Source of the DNA: Patescibacteria group bacterium
GTDB taxonomy: Bacteria; Patescibacteriota; Minisyncoccia; 2-02-FULL-40-12; GWA2-44-9
Reading direction: 5' to 3'
Length of the DNA stretch: 64,000 nt
Assembly (NCBI GenBank): GCA_038064455.1
Contig: JBBTTB010000006.1
Coordinates: 5,147-69,146, forward strand
The translations under genes and the position numbers were made by a program. The first letter of the stretch is position 1, and every line of letters starts with the position of its first letter. Below the pieces are notes generated by a model that searched no databases, was not told the origin of the DNA, and saw nothing but the letters and a program-made list of their open reading frames with translations. Below are positions 18,575 to 28,863 of the stretch, in pieces.

Positions 18575-19171
18575 TTTTCTAAAATCGAGTGCGTTCTTGA
18601 GTGTCATCTCATCTGCATATTCCACATGGGTGCCAGAAGAAAGTCCGCGTGCAAGTTTTGTGATCCGTACATGTTCTAAGGGGCGAAGAAGGCTTTCAAT
18701 ATAGAGGGCGGTGGTTTCACCTGGTGCGTGCGCATTGGTGGCTAAAATGACCTCTACGGGGCGATCGGGGTGCGCGAGGGCGCCTACGCGCTGTATGAGC
18801 TCATGAATGCGGAGATTATCTGCAGTGACGCCATCTGCGGGGTGGATGGAGCCACCAAGCACATGATAACGGCCACGGTACAGCCCCGTGCGCTCAACAG
18901 ATTCAAGATCGGTGACCTTTTCTAGTACAAGAATAGTGTACGGATCTCGCTTCGCATCCTCACAGACTCGGCAGGTGTCTCCATCAGATATATTAAAGCA
19001 AGTGGTGCAGGTTTTTACGGCAGTTTTGAGCCGGGTAATGGCATCACCAAGCATTACGAGATCGCGTTCGTCGTGGTTGATGAGCGCCAACACAAAGCGG
19101 AGCGCTTGGCGGGGGCCAACGCCAGGGAGTCTCTGAAGCATGCGCGAGAGCGCAATAATATGTTCGTTCAT
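18572..19171 (-). CDS. recR: Recombination mediator RecR
   Basis: LPGVGPRQA, CTTC..CRVC, YHVLGG, EVILAT, EYADE. Confidence 0.96.
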   Translation of the reverse strand: MNEHIIALSRMLQRLPGVGPRQALRFVLALINHDERDLVMLGDAITRLKTAVKTCTTCFNISDGDTCRVCEDAKRDPYTILVLEKVTDLESVERTGLYRGRYHVLGGSIHPADGVTADNLRIHELIQRVGALAHPDRPVEVILATNAHAPGETTALYIESLLRPLEHVRITKLARGLSSGTHVEYADEMTLKNALDFRK

Positions 19172-19177
19172 GGAGAG

Positions 19178-20569
19178 TTAGAACGTTGCGGGGCCGTCGT
19201 AGTTATGCTGACGGTCTACCTCATAGAATTGTAAACTATCTGGGTCAATATAGAAATCAATGTCGCCGGTAGGGCCGTTACGATGCTTTGCAATAATGAG
19301 TTGCGCCATGTTGAGTTTATTTTCTTGCTGGGCCTTGGAGAAATTTACTTTGTCATCGCGGTGAATGAACATGACCACGTCTGCATCTTGTTCAATAGAG
19401 CCGGAGTCGCGCAAGTCAGAGAGCTTCGGGCGATGGCCGTCGCGGCTTTCAATAGCGCGCGAGAGCTGGGAGAGTGCGATAACGGGGATATTTAACTCCT
19501 TCGCAAGTCCCTTGAGCCCCCGAGAGATTTCAGTGACTTGTTGTACAGCGCTATCGTAATCTTTGCGACCCGCCATGAGCTGGAGATAATCAACGACCAC
19601 CGCGCCAAGATTGTGTTCAGCATGGAGGCGACGGGCGACAGCACGCATTTGAAGCACATTCATACTCGCGCTGTCATCGATAAATACGGGCGTAGTTTTC
19701 AGTTCACTAATAGCAGTGGTGATGCGGAGAAAGTCGTTATCTGCGCCATCGTGAGAGAGGCGTCCGGTGCGGAGCTTCCAGAGTGAAACACCAGACTTTG
19801 ATGCAATAAAACGATCAACCACTTGATCTGTGGACATTTCCAAACTAAAGATGGCAACGGGTGTTCCGTTCGCCGCAAGTCGTCCCGCAATATCGATAGA
19901 GAATGCCGTTTTACCTACCGAAGGGCGCGCGGCAATAATGACGAGGTCAGAGCGTTGGAATCCTCCGAGCATTTCATCTAACTTCGTGTGTCGCGTAGGG
20001 AGTCCGCGCAGTTCGCCAGTGTCCTGCGTGCTGATGCGCTCCATCGCGGCATCCAAACTACTGGCAAGCGCTGTAAAGTTTTGTGGGCGAGACTTCTCGC
20101 CGATGGCAAACAATTTACGCTCGGCTTCGTCGAGAAGCGTTTCGGTATCCTCGTCTTCGCGGTAGCCAAGGCCAATGATCTCATGAGCTACATCAATAAG
20201 ATTACGCAGGGTGCGCTTCTTCTGAAGAATGCGTCCATACGTAGAGGCGTGCGCGGCGGAAGGAACTGCGCTTGCGAGTGATGTAAGAAATCCAACGCCG
20301 CCGATGTCTGCAAGCACGCCTCGTTCTGCGAGTACGTTGGAGACACTTAGTACATCGATAGCGTCGCGCTTTTCAAACAAAGAAATCACCGCCTCATAGA
20401 TGTGCTGGTGGTTGCGATGGTAAAAATCTTCAGGACGCAGAAAGTCAACAACGCGGTTGATGGCTTCTCGATCAATTAAAAGAGCCCCTAACAGCGTCTT
20501 CTCTGCGTCGGTGCTATGCGGAGGTGTCTGTGTGGGGACTTGTGGTGCGCTTCCTGCCATGGAGCTCAT
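19178..20569 (-). CDS. dnaB: Replicative DNA helicase DnaB
   Basis: PPHS.DAE, AARPSVGKT, VDYLQL, LSQLSR, DLRDSGSIEQDAD, KHRNGPTG. Confidence 0.98.
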   Translation of the reverse strand: MSSMAGSAPQVPTQTPPHSTDAEKTLLGALLIDREAINRVVDFLRPEDFYHRNHQHIYEAVISLFEKRDAIDVLSVSNVLAERGVLADIGGVGFLTSLASAVPSAAHASTYGRILQKKRTLRNLIDVAHEIIGLGYREDEDTETLLDEAERKLFAIGEKSRPQNFTALASSLDAAMERISTQDTGELRGLPTRHTKLDEMLGGFQRSDLVIIAARPSVGKTAFSIDIAGRLAANGTPVAIFSLEMSTDQVVDRFIASKSGVSLWKLRTGRLSHDGADNDFLRITTAISELKTTPVFIDDSASMNVLQMRAVARRLHAEHNLGAVVVDYLQLMAGRKDYDSAVQQVTEISRGLKGLAKELNIPVIALSQLSRAIESRDGHRPKLSDLRDSGSIEQDADVVMFIHRDDKVNFSKAQQENKLNMAQLIIAKHRNGPTGDIDFYIDPDSLQFYEVDRQHNYDGPATF

Positions 20570-20635
20570 TATTCATCTTCTATACGTGTGCGCAACTCTT
20601 TCTGTGGAGAGTGTGTGGATGTCTCCGTGATTCTT

Positions 20636-20664
20636 TTGACCTGCATAGAAAAAAGGTGTATAGT
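20636..20664 (+). promoter_or_regulatory. sigma70 promoter of a small orphan gene
   Basis: TTGACC-17 nt-TATAGT. Confidence 0.7.
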
Positions 20665-20702
20665 ACTATCTTCACGACGCATGCTTCACTAAGGAGGAAT
20701 GC

Positions 20703-20876
20703 ATGTCTAAGTCCCAGCCGTCCACCAAGGAGGGGCCCGAGCTCATCAACTACATGGGGACCTATTACAGGGTGGCCGGCTTCTTCCGCCGAAAGGGAGA
20801 GAAGTTCGTGACATTCTGTGGCGAGAGTGGGATCGAGCGGAGCGTGCCGCTCGCGAAGGTCTCCGTGATCGCCTGA
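20703..20876 (+). CDS. Small hypothetical protein (57 aa), absent from the ORF track
   Basis: AAGGAGG SD; MSKSQPSTKEGPELINYMGTYYRVAGFFRRKGEKFVTFCGESGIERSVPLAKVSVIA; followed by two hairpins. Confidence 0.7.
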   Translation: MSKSQPSTKEGPELINYMGTYYRVAGFFRRKGEKFVTFCGESGIERSVPLAKVSVIA

Positions 20877-20933
20877 TCGCTAGAGAGCATCTCTCTGGCG
20901 AGGGGGGGTGGCAATGTTGCGCTACCCCCTTAT

Positions 20934-22394
20934 TTATTTGCGCTTTAAACGATAGCCCGTAGGCGTGTCATCGATAGCGTAACCCTTTTGGATAATAGTA
21001 TCACGCAGCTCATCGGCGAGTGTGAATGCTTTTGCACGCTTTGCATCCTGTCGTTGTTCCGCGAGCTCCTGAATATCTTTTGGAATCGGAGCGTTGGGAC
21101 GCGGGATCACGCCAAGGACTGTGTCAAAGAAATCGAAGAGTTGAAAAATCTTGTGTGCGGAATGCATATCAACGGAACGCTTATCAAGTGCCGTGTTGAT
21201 GGCGCGGATACTCTCAAAGAGTATTGCAATGACTGCTGGTGTGTCGAAGTCGTTATTGAGCGCCGTGAGCGCCGCTTCGTGGTGCGTCGCAAGCTCATGT
21301 GCGATTGATGCGTCTTGTTTATGCGCGTAAGGCGTATCTTCTTCTTGCGCAACGAGACGATCAAGACACTCTCTGATACGTGTTACTGCTGTTTCACTTG
21401 CATCGAGTGCTTCGTATGAAAAGGTAAGCGGCGAACGATAATGCGCGCCGAGGAGAAAGAGGCGAATCGCTTGTGGTGAATATGTCTCAAGAAGTGTACG
21501 GAGTGGAACAAAATTACCGAGCGACTTCGACATTTTTTCCTCACCCATGTGTAAGAAGCCAGCATGCATCCAGTGGCGTACAAATGGTGTTTTTCCTGAC
21601 GCGGCTTGTTGTTGCGCTATCTCTGCCTCATGGTGGGGGAAGATGAGATCCTGTGCCCCTCCATGGAGGTCGTATTGAGCGCCAAAGTACGTTTCGCTAA
21701 TTGCGGTGTCTTCTATGTGCCACCCGGGGCGGCCGTTACCCCACGGAGAGTCCCATGAAGGCTCGTAGGCGTAGTTTTTAGCCTTCCAGAGCACGAAATC
21801 GCGCGCACTGCGTTTGTTCTCCTCCAGTGCTACACGGGCGCCTTCTACGAGCGTCTTTGCATCAGTATGCCCAGAGAGAACACCATAGTTGTTTGGAAAA
21901 TCTGTCTCATAAGCGCGCACATCAAAATACACATCAGAAAGATCCATGGGATCGAGCGCCGCATGACCTTCGGCTTTGCGCGCGGGTACTGCGTATGCGT
22001 ACCGCTTGGCTATGAGTGTTTGAATCTGTTGAATAATAGCAGTGATAACATCGGTGGCGCGTACGTACGCGGTCGGGCTCGTGATTCCGAGTAGGCGCGT
22101 GTCGGTAAGAAAGGCTTCCGTATACGTCCGCGCAAGATCTTCAGCTGCTTTTTTCTCCGTGTGTGCGCGTTCAATAATTTTGTTATCGATGTCAGTAATA
22201 TTCTGGATATATGTTACGTGGATGTCTTGTGCGCGTAACGCACGCGCAACGACATCGAACACTACAAAGGTGCGCGCATTTCCAATGTGGATGTAATCAT
22301 AGACCGTTGGGCCACACACAAACATGCGAATAGAATCACCGGGCAAGGCAAGCGGGTCAACCTTTTTTGTGCGTGTGTTGTATGCGTTTACCAT
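20934..22394 (-). CDS. cysS: Cysteinyl-tRNA synthetase
   Basis: CGPTVYD..HIGNAR, GRPGWHIE, DLIFPHHE, KMSKSLGN. Confidence 0.97.
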   Translation of the reverse strand: MVNAYNTRTKKVDPLALPGDSIRMFVCGPTVYDYIHIGNARTFVVFDVVARALRAQDIHVTYIQNITDIDNKIIERAHTEKKAAEDLARTYTEAFLTDTRLLGITSPTAYVRATDVITAIIQQIQTLIAKRYAYAVPARKAEGHAALDPMDLSDVYFDVRAYETDFPNNYGVLSGHTDAKTLVEGARVALEENKRSARDFVLWKAKNYAYEPSWDSPWGNGRPGWHIEDTAISETYFGAQYDLHGGAQDLIFPHHEAEIAQQQAASGKTPFVRHWMHAGFLHMGEEKMSKSLGNFVPLRTLLETYSPQAIRLFLLGAHYRSPLTFSYEALDASETAVTRIRECLDRLVAQEEDTPYAHKQDASIAHELATHHEAALTALNNDFDTPAVIAILFESIRAINTALDKRSVDMHSAHKIFQLFDFFDTVLGVIPRPNAPIPKDIQELAEQRQDAKRAKAFTLADELRDTIIQKGYAIDDTPTGYRLKRK

Positions 22395-23659
22395 ATACCA
22401 GGTATGATAAGCAAAATACCAGTGATTGTCATGACCCATGTCGCGCCAAGTGCCAACCCGCGGATGGTTGGGCTACTCACGCGATCGCCGACGATCGCCT
22501 TATTGTTTGCCATGTGGGTAATAAGAAGAATAAGTGGTGGCGAAACAATGGCGTGAAGTATCGCAGTATAAAAAAGTGCTTGTACGGGCGAAATACCGCC
22601 AAATGGAACGATGAGACCAACGAAAGCGGAACATGCAAGAACAATATAAAATGCGCGCGCACGAGAAAATGGTTTATCGAGGCTTCGCTCCCAGTCAAAA
22701 ATTTCTGCGAGCACATATGCGGCTGAACCAGCGAGAACAGGGATAGCAAGAAACCCAGAGCTAATAAGTCCTAGAGTAAATAATACATATGCGTATTCTC
22801 CAGCGAGTGGGCGTAGCGCTTCGGCGATTTGTGCGATGCTCTCAACGTCGCGCGCGCCAGCGCCGTAGAGCGTAGCGCCCGTGAGCGCAACAATAAAATA
22901 GGCAACGACATTTGAAAAAGACATACCGATTACAGTATCGAGCTCAATAACGTTCAGACGATTATCCGTAAGGGGGCGAAATTTACATACGCGGATCCGT
23001 GTATTTTTTTCCCGAACCTCTTCCGCCTCTTCGCTCGATTGCCAGAAGTAAAGGTAGGGAGAAATAGTAGTTCCGAGAATGGCAAAAAATACGAGCACAG
23101 TATCTCGATCCCATGAAAGCGCCGGAAGAAGCGTGTGAACGAGCATGTCATATGCGTCGCCTTGAACAATTGCGAACGCGCCAATATATGCAAGGAGTGA
23201 AAGCGCCAGCCATTTAAAGATCGCAACAATGGTGGCATAGCGGAGCCATATGATCATGCCCACAATGAGAAGAGTAAGTGTAGTGGCGGTGAGCATGGTT
23301 GGAAGTCCGGGGAATAAGAGCTGTGCCGCACTTGTCATGCCAGCGATGTCCGCACCAATATTGAGTACATTAGCTCCAATAATGCCTCCAGAAACAATAG
23401 CGAGAAGCCAGGTAGGATAATGCCGTTTAATATTCCCTGTGAGGCCACATGCCGAAAGTGCGCCAATACGTGCGCTCATTTCTTGGATAGCGATCATGAA
23501 CGGAATGGTAAACGGAAGCGCCCACAAGAGGCCAAATCCTGTTTTTGCACCCGCGATAGAATAAGAAGCAATGCCAGAGGGGTCGTTATCAGAAGCTCCT
23601 GTGATAAGACCTGGACCGAGCGCTTTCCAAAATGATCGAATAGAGCGGAAAAATGCCAC
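22388..23659 (-). CDS. NRAMP-family divalent metal transporter
   Basis: GPGLITGASDNDPSG and GTTISPY motifs; about 11 TMs. Confidence 0.9.
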   Translation of the reverse strand: MAFFRSIRSFWKALGPGLITGASDNDPSGIASYSIAGAKTGFGLLWALPFTIPFMIAIQEMSARIGALSACGLTGNIKRHYPTWLLAIVSGGIIGANVLNIGADIAGMTSAAQLLFPGLPTMLTATTLTLLIVGMIIWLRYATIVAIFKWLALSLLAYIGAFAIVQGDAYDMLVHTLLPALSWDRDTVLVFFAILGTTISPYLYFWQSSEEAEEVREKNTRIRVCKFRPLTDNRLNVIELDTVIGMSFSNVVAYFIVALTGATLYGAGARDVESIAQIAEALRPLAGEYAYVLFTLGLISSGFLAIPVLAGSAAYVLAEIFDWERSLDKPFSRARAFYIVLACSAFVGLIVPFGGISPVQALFYTAILHAIVSPPLILLITHMANNKAIVGDRVSSPTIRGLALGATWVMTITGILLIIPGIW

Positions 23660-23741
23660 AACAAAAATATAAGTGCATCTAGTATATCATGAAGTGGCAT
23701 CGCTAGAGCTTCTGTGTGTGTATGATATACTGGCGTTCACT

Positions 23742-24311
23742 ATGAATATTTCTCCACGCGAACAGGGTTTATCGCCCATTGGGATCATCGCTCTTTTTGC
23801 GGGGTTAGTGATCGTAGGAAGTGCCCTGTATGTGCGTTATGGGGTGCCGGACCAATCTGCTCGCGAAGATGGCGAGCCTGTAATCCCCACACCTTCTTCG
23901 ATGCGACCAGAAACTTCAGCGCTTGCGCAGCCCATTCCTTTTTCTGGGACCAAGCTCGCAGGGTCGAACTCGCCATTTCTTGATTTTTCAGTTACTGATT
24001 ACAGCGCTGCAAAAGAGTCGGGGAGAATGATCGTCCTCTTCTTTTACGCAAGTTGGTGTCCTATCTGTAAGGCGGAAATGCCAAACATAGAAGGGGCATT
24101 TAACCAGCTCTCTACGGATCAGGTTGTTGGATTTCGCGTGAACTACAATGATTCAGACACTGATGATGTAGAAAAAGGCCTAGCGCGCGAATTTGGCATC
24201 GCCTATCAACACACGAAAGTATTTGTGAGAAATGGCGCTGTGGTCCTTAAGTCGGGAGAATCTTGGGATACGACTCGATATATACAGGAGATCAATAAAG
24301 TACTTCAATAA
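23742..24311 (+). CDS. Membrane-anchored thioredoxin-family protein
   Basis: FYASWCPIC; N-terminal TM; precedes ccdA. Confidence 0.9.
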   Translation: MNISPREQGLSPIGIIALFAGLVIVGSALYVRYGVPDQSAREDGEPVIPTPSSMRPETSALAQPIPFSGTKLAGSNSPFLDFSVTDYSAAKESGRMIVLFFYASWCPICKAEMPNIEGAFNQLSTDQVVGFRVNYNDSDTDDVEKGLAREFGIAYQHTKVFVRNGAVVLKSGESWDTTRYIQEINKVLQ

Positions 24312-24313
24312 CT

Positions 24314-25021
24314 ATGCTAGAATTCCCCGTTATCGCAGCATTTGTTGGGGGGCTCGTTTCTTTTCTTTCTCCATGCATCGTTCCTATTGTGCCCGGGTTT
24401 CTGGCATATCTCGCGGGAACAACTCTTGCTGATGCTCCGCAACGTCGCCGCGACATGTTGGTGAATGCGGTTTGGTTTGTGGTCGGTTTTTCACTCGTTT
24501 TCGCAGTGCTTGGGGTGCTCCTCAACACCATCCTCGCAACAGTTGCGTATGATGCGCGCATATGGATGTCGCGCATTGGTGGCGGAGTTATTGTGCTCTT
24601 TGGCCTTATGCTCATGGATGTTATCCGCATTCCCTGGTTTACACAGACGCATGCAATGCAGGTGCACCCCGATACATCGGCACGGTGGCTCACCTCATTT
24701 CTCTTTGGCGCTGCTTTTGCGGCAGGGTGGACTCCATGTGTTGGGGCAGTGTTGGGCGCTATCCTTACTCTTTCTATCGCTCAACCGGGGACTGCCTTCG
24801 TGTTATTAATGGCATATGCGTTAGGCCTCGGCATTCCCTTTCTCCTTGCTGCGCTTTTTGCCTCTGCATTTCAAAAGGGAATTATGAGGTGGGGTGGGGT
24901 ATTGCCATATATTTCAAAGGTATTCGGGGTTCTTCTCGTAGTTATGGGGGTTTTGGTCATGATGCAACGCCTCGAGCGCATTGCATCCTTTGATATTCTG
25001 CTTCAGTTTTTGAGGCCCTAG
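24314..25021 (+). CDS. ccdA: CcdA/DsbD-family disulfide transfer membrane protein
   Basis: SFLSPCIVP and WTPCVG motifs. Confidence 0.92.
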   Translation: MLEFPVIAAFVGGLVSFLSPCIVPIVPGFLAYLAGTTLADAPQRRRDMLVNAVWFVVGFSLVFAVLGVLLNTILATVAYDARIWMSRIGGGVIVLFGLMLMDVIRIPWFTQTHAMQVHPDTSARWLTSFLFGAAFAAGWTPCVGAVLGAILTLSIAQPGTAFVLLMAYALGLGIPFLLAALFASAFQKGIMRWGGVLPYISKVFGVLLVVMGVLVMMQRLERIASFDILLQFLRP

Positions 25022-25043
25022 CTATGTCCACAGGAGGGGGGAT

Positions 25044-25070
25044 TTAGCACTCTTGACTTGAGAGTGCTAA
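25044..25070. promoter_or_regulatory. CIRCE operator (HrcA site) overlapping the -35 of hrcA
   Basis: Perfect TTAGCACTC-N9-GAGTGCTAA; TTGACT in the spacer; TATACT at 25077-25082. Confidence 0.97.
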
Positions 25071-25090
25071 ATTTTCTATACTATCCCTGC

Positions 25091-25849
25091 ATGCTTACGG
25101 AACGACAACAGCACCTCTTAGAGTTCGTTATTCGAACCTATGTACAGACCGCAGAACCCGTTGGTTCTGCGGCGGTGTGCGCGAGCGCTGGCATGGATGT
25201 GAGCCCTGCAACTATTCGTAATGACATGCAGGCGCTTGAAGAGCTTGGGTTTCTTACCCAGCCGCACACTTCAGCCGGTCGCGTGCCTACCGACCGTGCA
25301 TACCGTTGGTTTGTTGATGAGTTGGTGCGACGTGATGAGCATGCACTTGTTCCCATTCGTGATCGTCGTCGCATTGATGCCGTTGTGGGTGAGGCTACTT
25401 TCGACTCTCATTCGTTGAGTAGACATCTTGCCGCAACGCTCGCTGATCTCTTGGATAGCGCTGTCATCACACACGTTCGAGACCACGATGATTTTTATAA
25501 ATTTGGTCTCTCGGAGTTGATGGCCTTCCCAGAGTTTCAGCGTCTCGAGCGAACGATGCACGTTATGCATTTTGTTGATCGCTTCGATGATTTGTTCGGA
25601 GGCATAGAAGACGCGTTCTTCGGAAGCTGGCGGAGTGAGCCATATCGCATCTTTATTGGTAGAGAAAATCCTGTACGGACTATCCAAGATGAAGCAGTGA
25701 TCGTGGCGCGCTACCGTCTTCCGGGTAACCTGTCTGGTCTCCTCACTATTATTGGACCGATGCGTATGGACTATCGTCGTAATCTTGCATTACTTGCATA
25801 CGCAACCGACGCGCTGTCACGTGCCGCAGAAGAATCTGATGCTTATTAA
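25091..25849 (+). CDS. hrcA: Heat-inducible repressor HrcA (short form)
   Basis: EPVGS, SPATIRNDM..LE, QPHTSAGRVPT, IGPMRMDY. Confidence 0.96.
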   Translation: MLTERQQHLLEFVIRTYVQTAEPVGSAAVCASAGMDVSPATIRNDMQALEELGFLTQPHTSAGRVPTDRAYRWFVDELVRRDEHALVPIRDRRRIDAVVGEATFDSHSLSRHLAATLADLLDSAVITHVRDHDDFYKFGLSELMAFPEFQRLERTMHVMHFVDRFDDLFGGIEDAFFGSWRSEPYRIFIGRENPVRTIQDEAVIVARYRLPGNLSGLLTIIGPMRMDYRRNLALLAYATDALSRAAEESDAY

Positions 25850-25855
25850 GCTCTC

Positions 25856-26371
25856 ATGACACATACCAACACACCACATCCAGAAGTTTCAGAAAGCGCC
25901 CAGCGGATCACCGAACTTGAAGGTCAGCTCGCTCGTGCGCACGCTGACTTTATTAACTATCGTAAAGATGAATCTCGTCGTGCGATAGAGATGACCGAGC
26001 GTGCAGGGGAGCGCGTGGTAAACGACCTTCTCGAAGGGCTCGATTCTGTTGAGGCGTTAGTAGCGCACACGCCTGAGGCCGTCCAAACGCAATTCGCTGA
26101 TTGGTCAAAGGGCCTTGTCTTAGTTCGCGATCAGGTGCGTGCCGTCCTTATGCGCCACGGTGTCGTTGAGATTCCCTTTCAAGGAGTGGCTTTTGACCCA
26201 GCGCTTCATGAGGCTATCGGCAATGATGTGGTTGCCGACGTGGGGCAGGATGGAATGATCACCTCATGCCTCCGTGTCGGATATACCATGCATGGTCGCG
26301 TGCTTCGTCCAGCGCAGGTGCGCGTTGGTTCGTTCCGTGAGCAGAAGAAAGACAAAGCAGTAGCGCAGTAA
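25856..26371 (+). CDS. grpE: Nucleotide exchange factor GrpE
   Basis: ADFINYRK, FDPALHEA, GY.MHGRVLRPAQV. Confidence 0.95.
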   Translation: MTHTNTPHPEVSESAQRITELEGQLARAHADFINYRKDESRRAIEMTERAGERVVNDLLEGLDSVEALVAHTPEAVQTQFADWSKGLVLVRDQVRAVLMRHGVVEIPFQGVAFDPALHEAIGNDVVADVGQDGMITSCLRVGYTMHGRVLRPAQVRVGSFREQKKDKAVAQ

Positions 26372-26443
26372 TTCATGAGAACGGGGAGAGTTTCTGCGTG
26401 GCGATGCTCCGCAGGCTACTCTTCCGGTTCGAAGAGTGATCAA

Positions 26444-26581
26444 GTAGAGCGCATTCCACAATAAACAGCATTCGGAGCCCGAGCGGGCAGGGTGTCTCCG
26501 TAAGGAGACGAGCGAGGGCGAGTGAGACCGCACAGTCCCGCTGGGGCTGTGACGGGACTGTTTATGTGGAATGTGCTCTAC
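26444..26581 (+). repeat. Inverted-repeat-closed element with GCCC-GA...GA-GGGC-GAG core between grpE and dnaK
   Basis: gtagagcgcattccacaataaacag (26444-26468) / ctgtttatgtggaatgtgctctac (26558-26581). Confidence 0.75.
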
Positions 26582-26593
26582 GAACTATTATTT

Positions 26594-28465
26594 ATGACAA
26601 AAATTCTTGGTATTGACCTTGGAACAACTAATTCAGCAATGGCAATAGTAGAAGCTGGCCAGCCTCGTGTTCTTGAGAATGCCGAGGGCATGCGCACAAC
26701 GCCTTCCATTGTTGCCATGAAAGGAAGCGAGCGGTACGCCGGTGTTACCGCAAAGCGTCAGGCGGTCACAAATCCGCACCACACGCTTTATTCGATCAAG
26801 CGCCTCATCGGCCGTCGTTTTTCTGACGCAGAAGTGCAGAAGGATAAAAACCTTCTCCCATATCAGATTCGCCAGGGCGTACACGATTCTGTTGAGGTAC
26901 TCATGGGAGACAAGTGGTACAAACCGGCAGAAATCTCCGCGATGATCCTTCAAAAGATGAAAGCAGACGCCGAGAGCCGTTTGGGTCAAAAAATTACGGA
27001 AGCGATTATCACTGTTCCCGCATACTTCGATGACGCACAGCGTCAGGCGACCAAAGACGCGGGAGAAATCGCCGGACTGACCGTACAGCGCGTTATTAAT
27101 GAACCAACTGCTGCCGCACTGGCGTACGGGTTCAATAAAAAGAAGGATGAAAAAATTGTCGTCTATGACTTTGGTGGCGGTACCTTTGATATCTCTGTGC
27201 TGGAGGTTTCAGAAGACACCATCGAAGTGAAGGCGACCGGCGGCGATACCCACTTGGGTGGCGATGATCTTGACCAGCGCATTATTCATTTCTTTATCGA
27301 TGAATTTAAGAAAGAGCAGGGCGTCGACATCTCAAAAGATCAGATGGCGCTCCAGCGCTTGAAGGATGCTGCAGAGAAGGCAAAACACGAACTCTCCAGC
27401 ACGCCACACGCAGAAGTGAATATTCCATTTCTTACCGCAGACGCGAGCGGGCCAAAGCACTTCACGATGACATTCACGCGTGCCAAGCTGGAAAGCTTAG
27501 TGCACGATCTCATCGACCGTTCTATTCAACTTACGCGTGATGCGGTGAAAGAAGCCGGATTCTCGCTCTCTGATATTCACGAAGTGGTTATGGTGGGTGG
27601 CCAGACACGCATGCCTGCTATCGTTGATGCGGTTCGAACGCTCTTTGGAAAAGAGCCACACAAAGATATCAATCCAGACGAGGTGGTTGCTATCGGCGCC
27701 GCAATTCAGGGAGGTATCATGCAGGGCGACGTGAAAGATGTCTTATTGTTAGACGTGACCCCGCTTTCTCTTGGTATCGAAACTATGGGTGCGGTCATGA
27801 CAAAGATGATCGAAAAGAACACCACCGTTCCCGTTGCGCGAACGCAGGTATTCTCAACAGCAGCTGATAACCAGCCTTCTGTAGAGATCCATGTGTTGCA
27901 GGGTGAGCGTCCTATGGCAGCTGACAACAAGACGCTCGGCCGCTTCATTCTCGATGGCATCCCACCAGCGCCTCGCGGCGTACCACAAGTTGAAGTAACC
28001 TTCGACATTGATGCGAATGGCATCTTACATGTTAAAGCGAAAGATAAGGCAACGAACAAAGAGCAATCTATCCGTATCGAAGGATCTTCCGGTCTTACCG
28101 AAGATGAAAAGAAGCGCATGGTTGCGGACGCAGAACAGTTTGCCGCCGAGGACGCGAAGAAGAAAGAGCTTGTCGATATGCGCAATGCAGCAGAAACACT
28201 TGTCTACACATCTGAAAAAACATTAAAAGATGCGGGTGAGAAAGTGAACGCAGATGATAAAAAGGCCGTTGAAGATGCGATGGCCGCAGTAAAGCAAGTA
28301 AAAGACTCTGACGATGTCGCCGCTATCAAGAAAGCAGTAGAAGGTCTTTCAACTGCAGTGCAGAAAGTGGGGCAAGCGATGTACCAACAGCAACAGGCAC
28401 AGGCAGCCCCAGAACAGCCGAAGGAAGAGATGAAAGAAGAAAAGCCAGCAGAAGAGCAGAAGTAA
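26594..28465 (+). CDS. dnaK: Chaperone DnaK
   Basis: [39 protein letters not shown]. Confidence 0.99.
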   Translation: MTKILGIDLGTTNSAMAIVEAGQPRVLENAEGMRTTPSIVAMKGSERYAGVTAKRQAVTNPHHTLYSIKRLIGRRFSDAEVQKDKNLLPYQIRQGVHDSVEVLMGDKWYKPAEISAMILQKMKADAESRLGQKITEAIITVPAYFDDAQRQATKDAGEIAGLTVQRVINEPTAAALAYGFNKKKDEKIVVYDFGGGTFDISVLEVSEDTIEVKATGGDTHLGGDDLDQRIIHFFIDEFKKEQGVDISKDQMALQRLKDAAEKAKHELSSTPHAEVNIPFLTADASGPKHFTMTFTRAKLESLVHDLIDRSIQLTRDAVKEAGFSLSDIHEVVMVGGQTRMPAIVDAVRTLFGKEPHKDINPDEVVAIGAAIQGGIMQGDVKDVLLLDVTPLSLGIETMGAVMTKMIEKNTTVPVARTQVFSTAADNQPSVEIHVLQGERPMAADNKTLGRFILDGIPPAPRGVPQVEVTFDIDANGILHVKAKDKATNKEQSIRIEGSSGLTEDEKKRMVADAEQFAAEDAKKKELVDMRNAAETLVYTSEKTLKDAGEKVNADDKKAVEDAMAAVKQVKDSDDVAAIKKAVEGLSTAVQKVGQAMYQQQQAQAAPEQPKEEMKEEKPAEEQK

Positions 28466-28474
28466 AAAGAAGAG

Positions 28475-28500
28475 CCCCGACGGAAAGTTTCCGCCGGGGG
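28475..28500. terminator. Hairpin after dnaK
   Basis: ccccgacggaa...ttccgccgggg; no clear T tract on the + strand. Confidence 0.55.
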
Positions 28501-28552
28501 AGAGAGGGGTGCTAGTAGAACCGAGCGCTGCGGTGCGTGGGGCGCCCGGAAT

Positions 28553-28856
28553 GTGATCGCTTCAGGAACGTGGGCCGACGATTTTTTGGCTCTTGTGGCC
28601 GAGGTGAGTGATTACCTGCCACGACGTGCCCGATGTGCCAGGACTGGCACTTCGGGTCGAAGTAGGCGTGGATCCTACCACCATCGGTTCTGTGCGGGTC
28701 ACCATCGCGCCATCGCGCAACGACCCATGCCGCTTCTCGGCCACGGTATCGCCGCTTGTGACAGATGTGACACCAACCACATGCGAACTTCCTGTGTTGC
28801 GGACCTTCGGGCATCCGCACCTCCTCTACGAATATCGTAGCGCTGTGTTAGAATAA
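28553..28856 (+). pseudogene. Possible frameshifted orphan remnant or short ORF
   Basis: Protein-like text in the 28553 frame (WADDFLALVAEVSDYL) appears to continue in the 28608 frame (DVPGLALRVEVGVDP...). Confidence 0.3.
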
Positions 28857-28863
28857 ATGCATT

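Noticed and set aside
23742-23830. Type IV pilin signal in the thioredoxin N-terminus (QGLSPIG)
   Set aside because: It lacks the G|F and E5 consensus; treated as a simple membrane anchor
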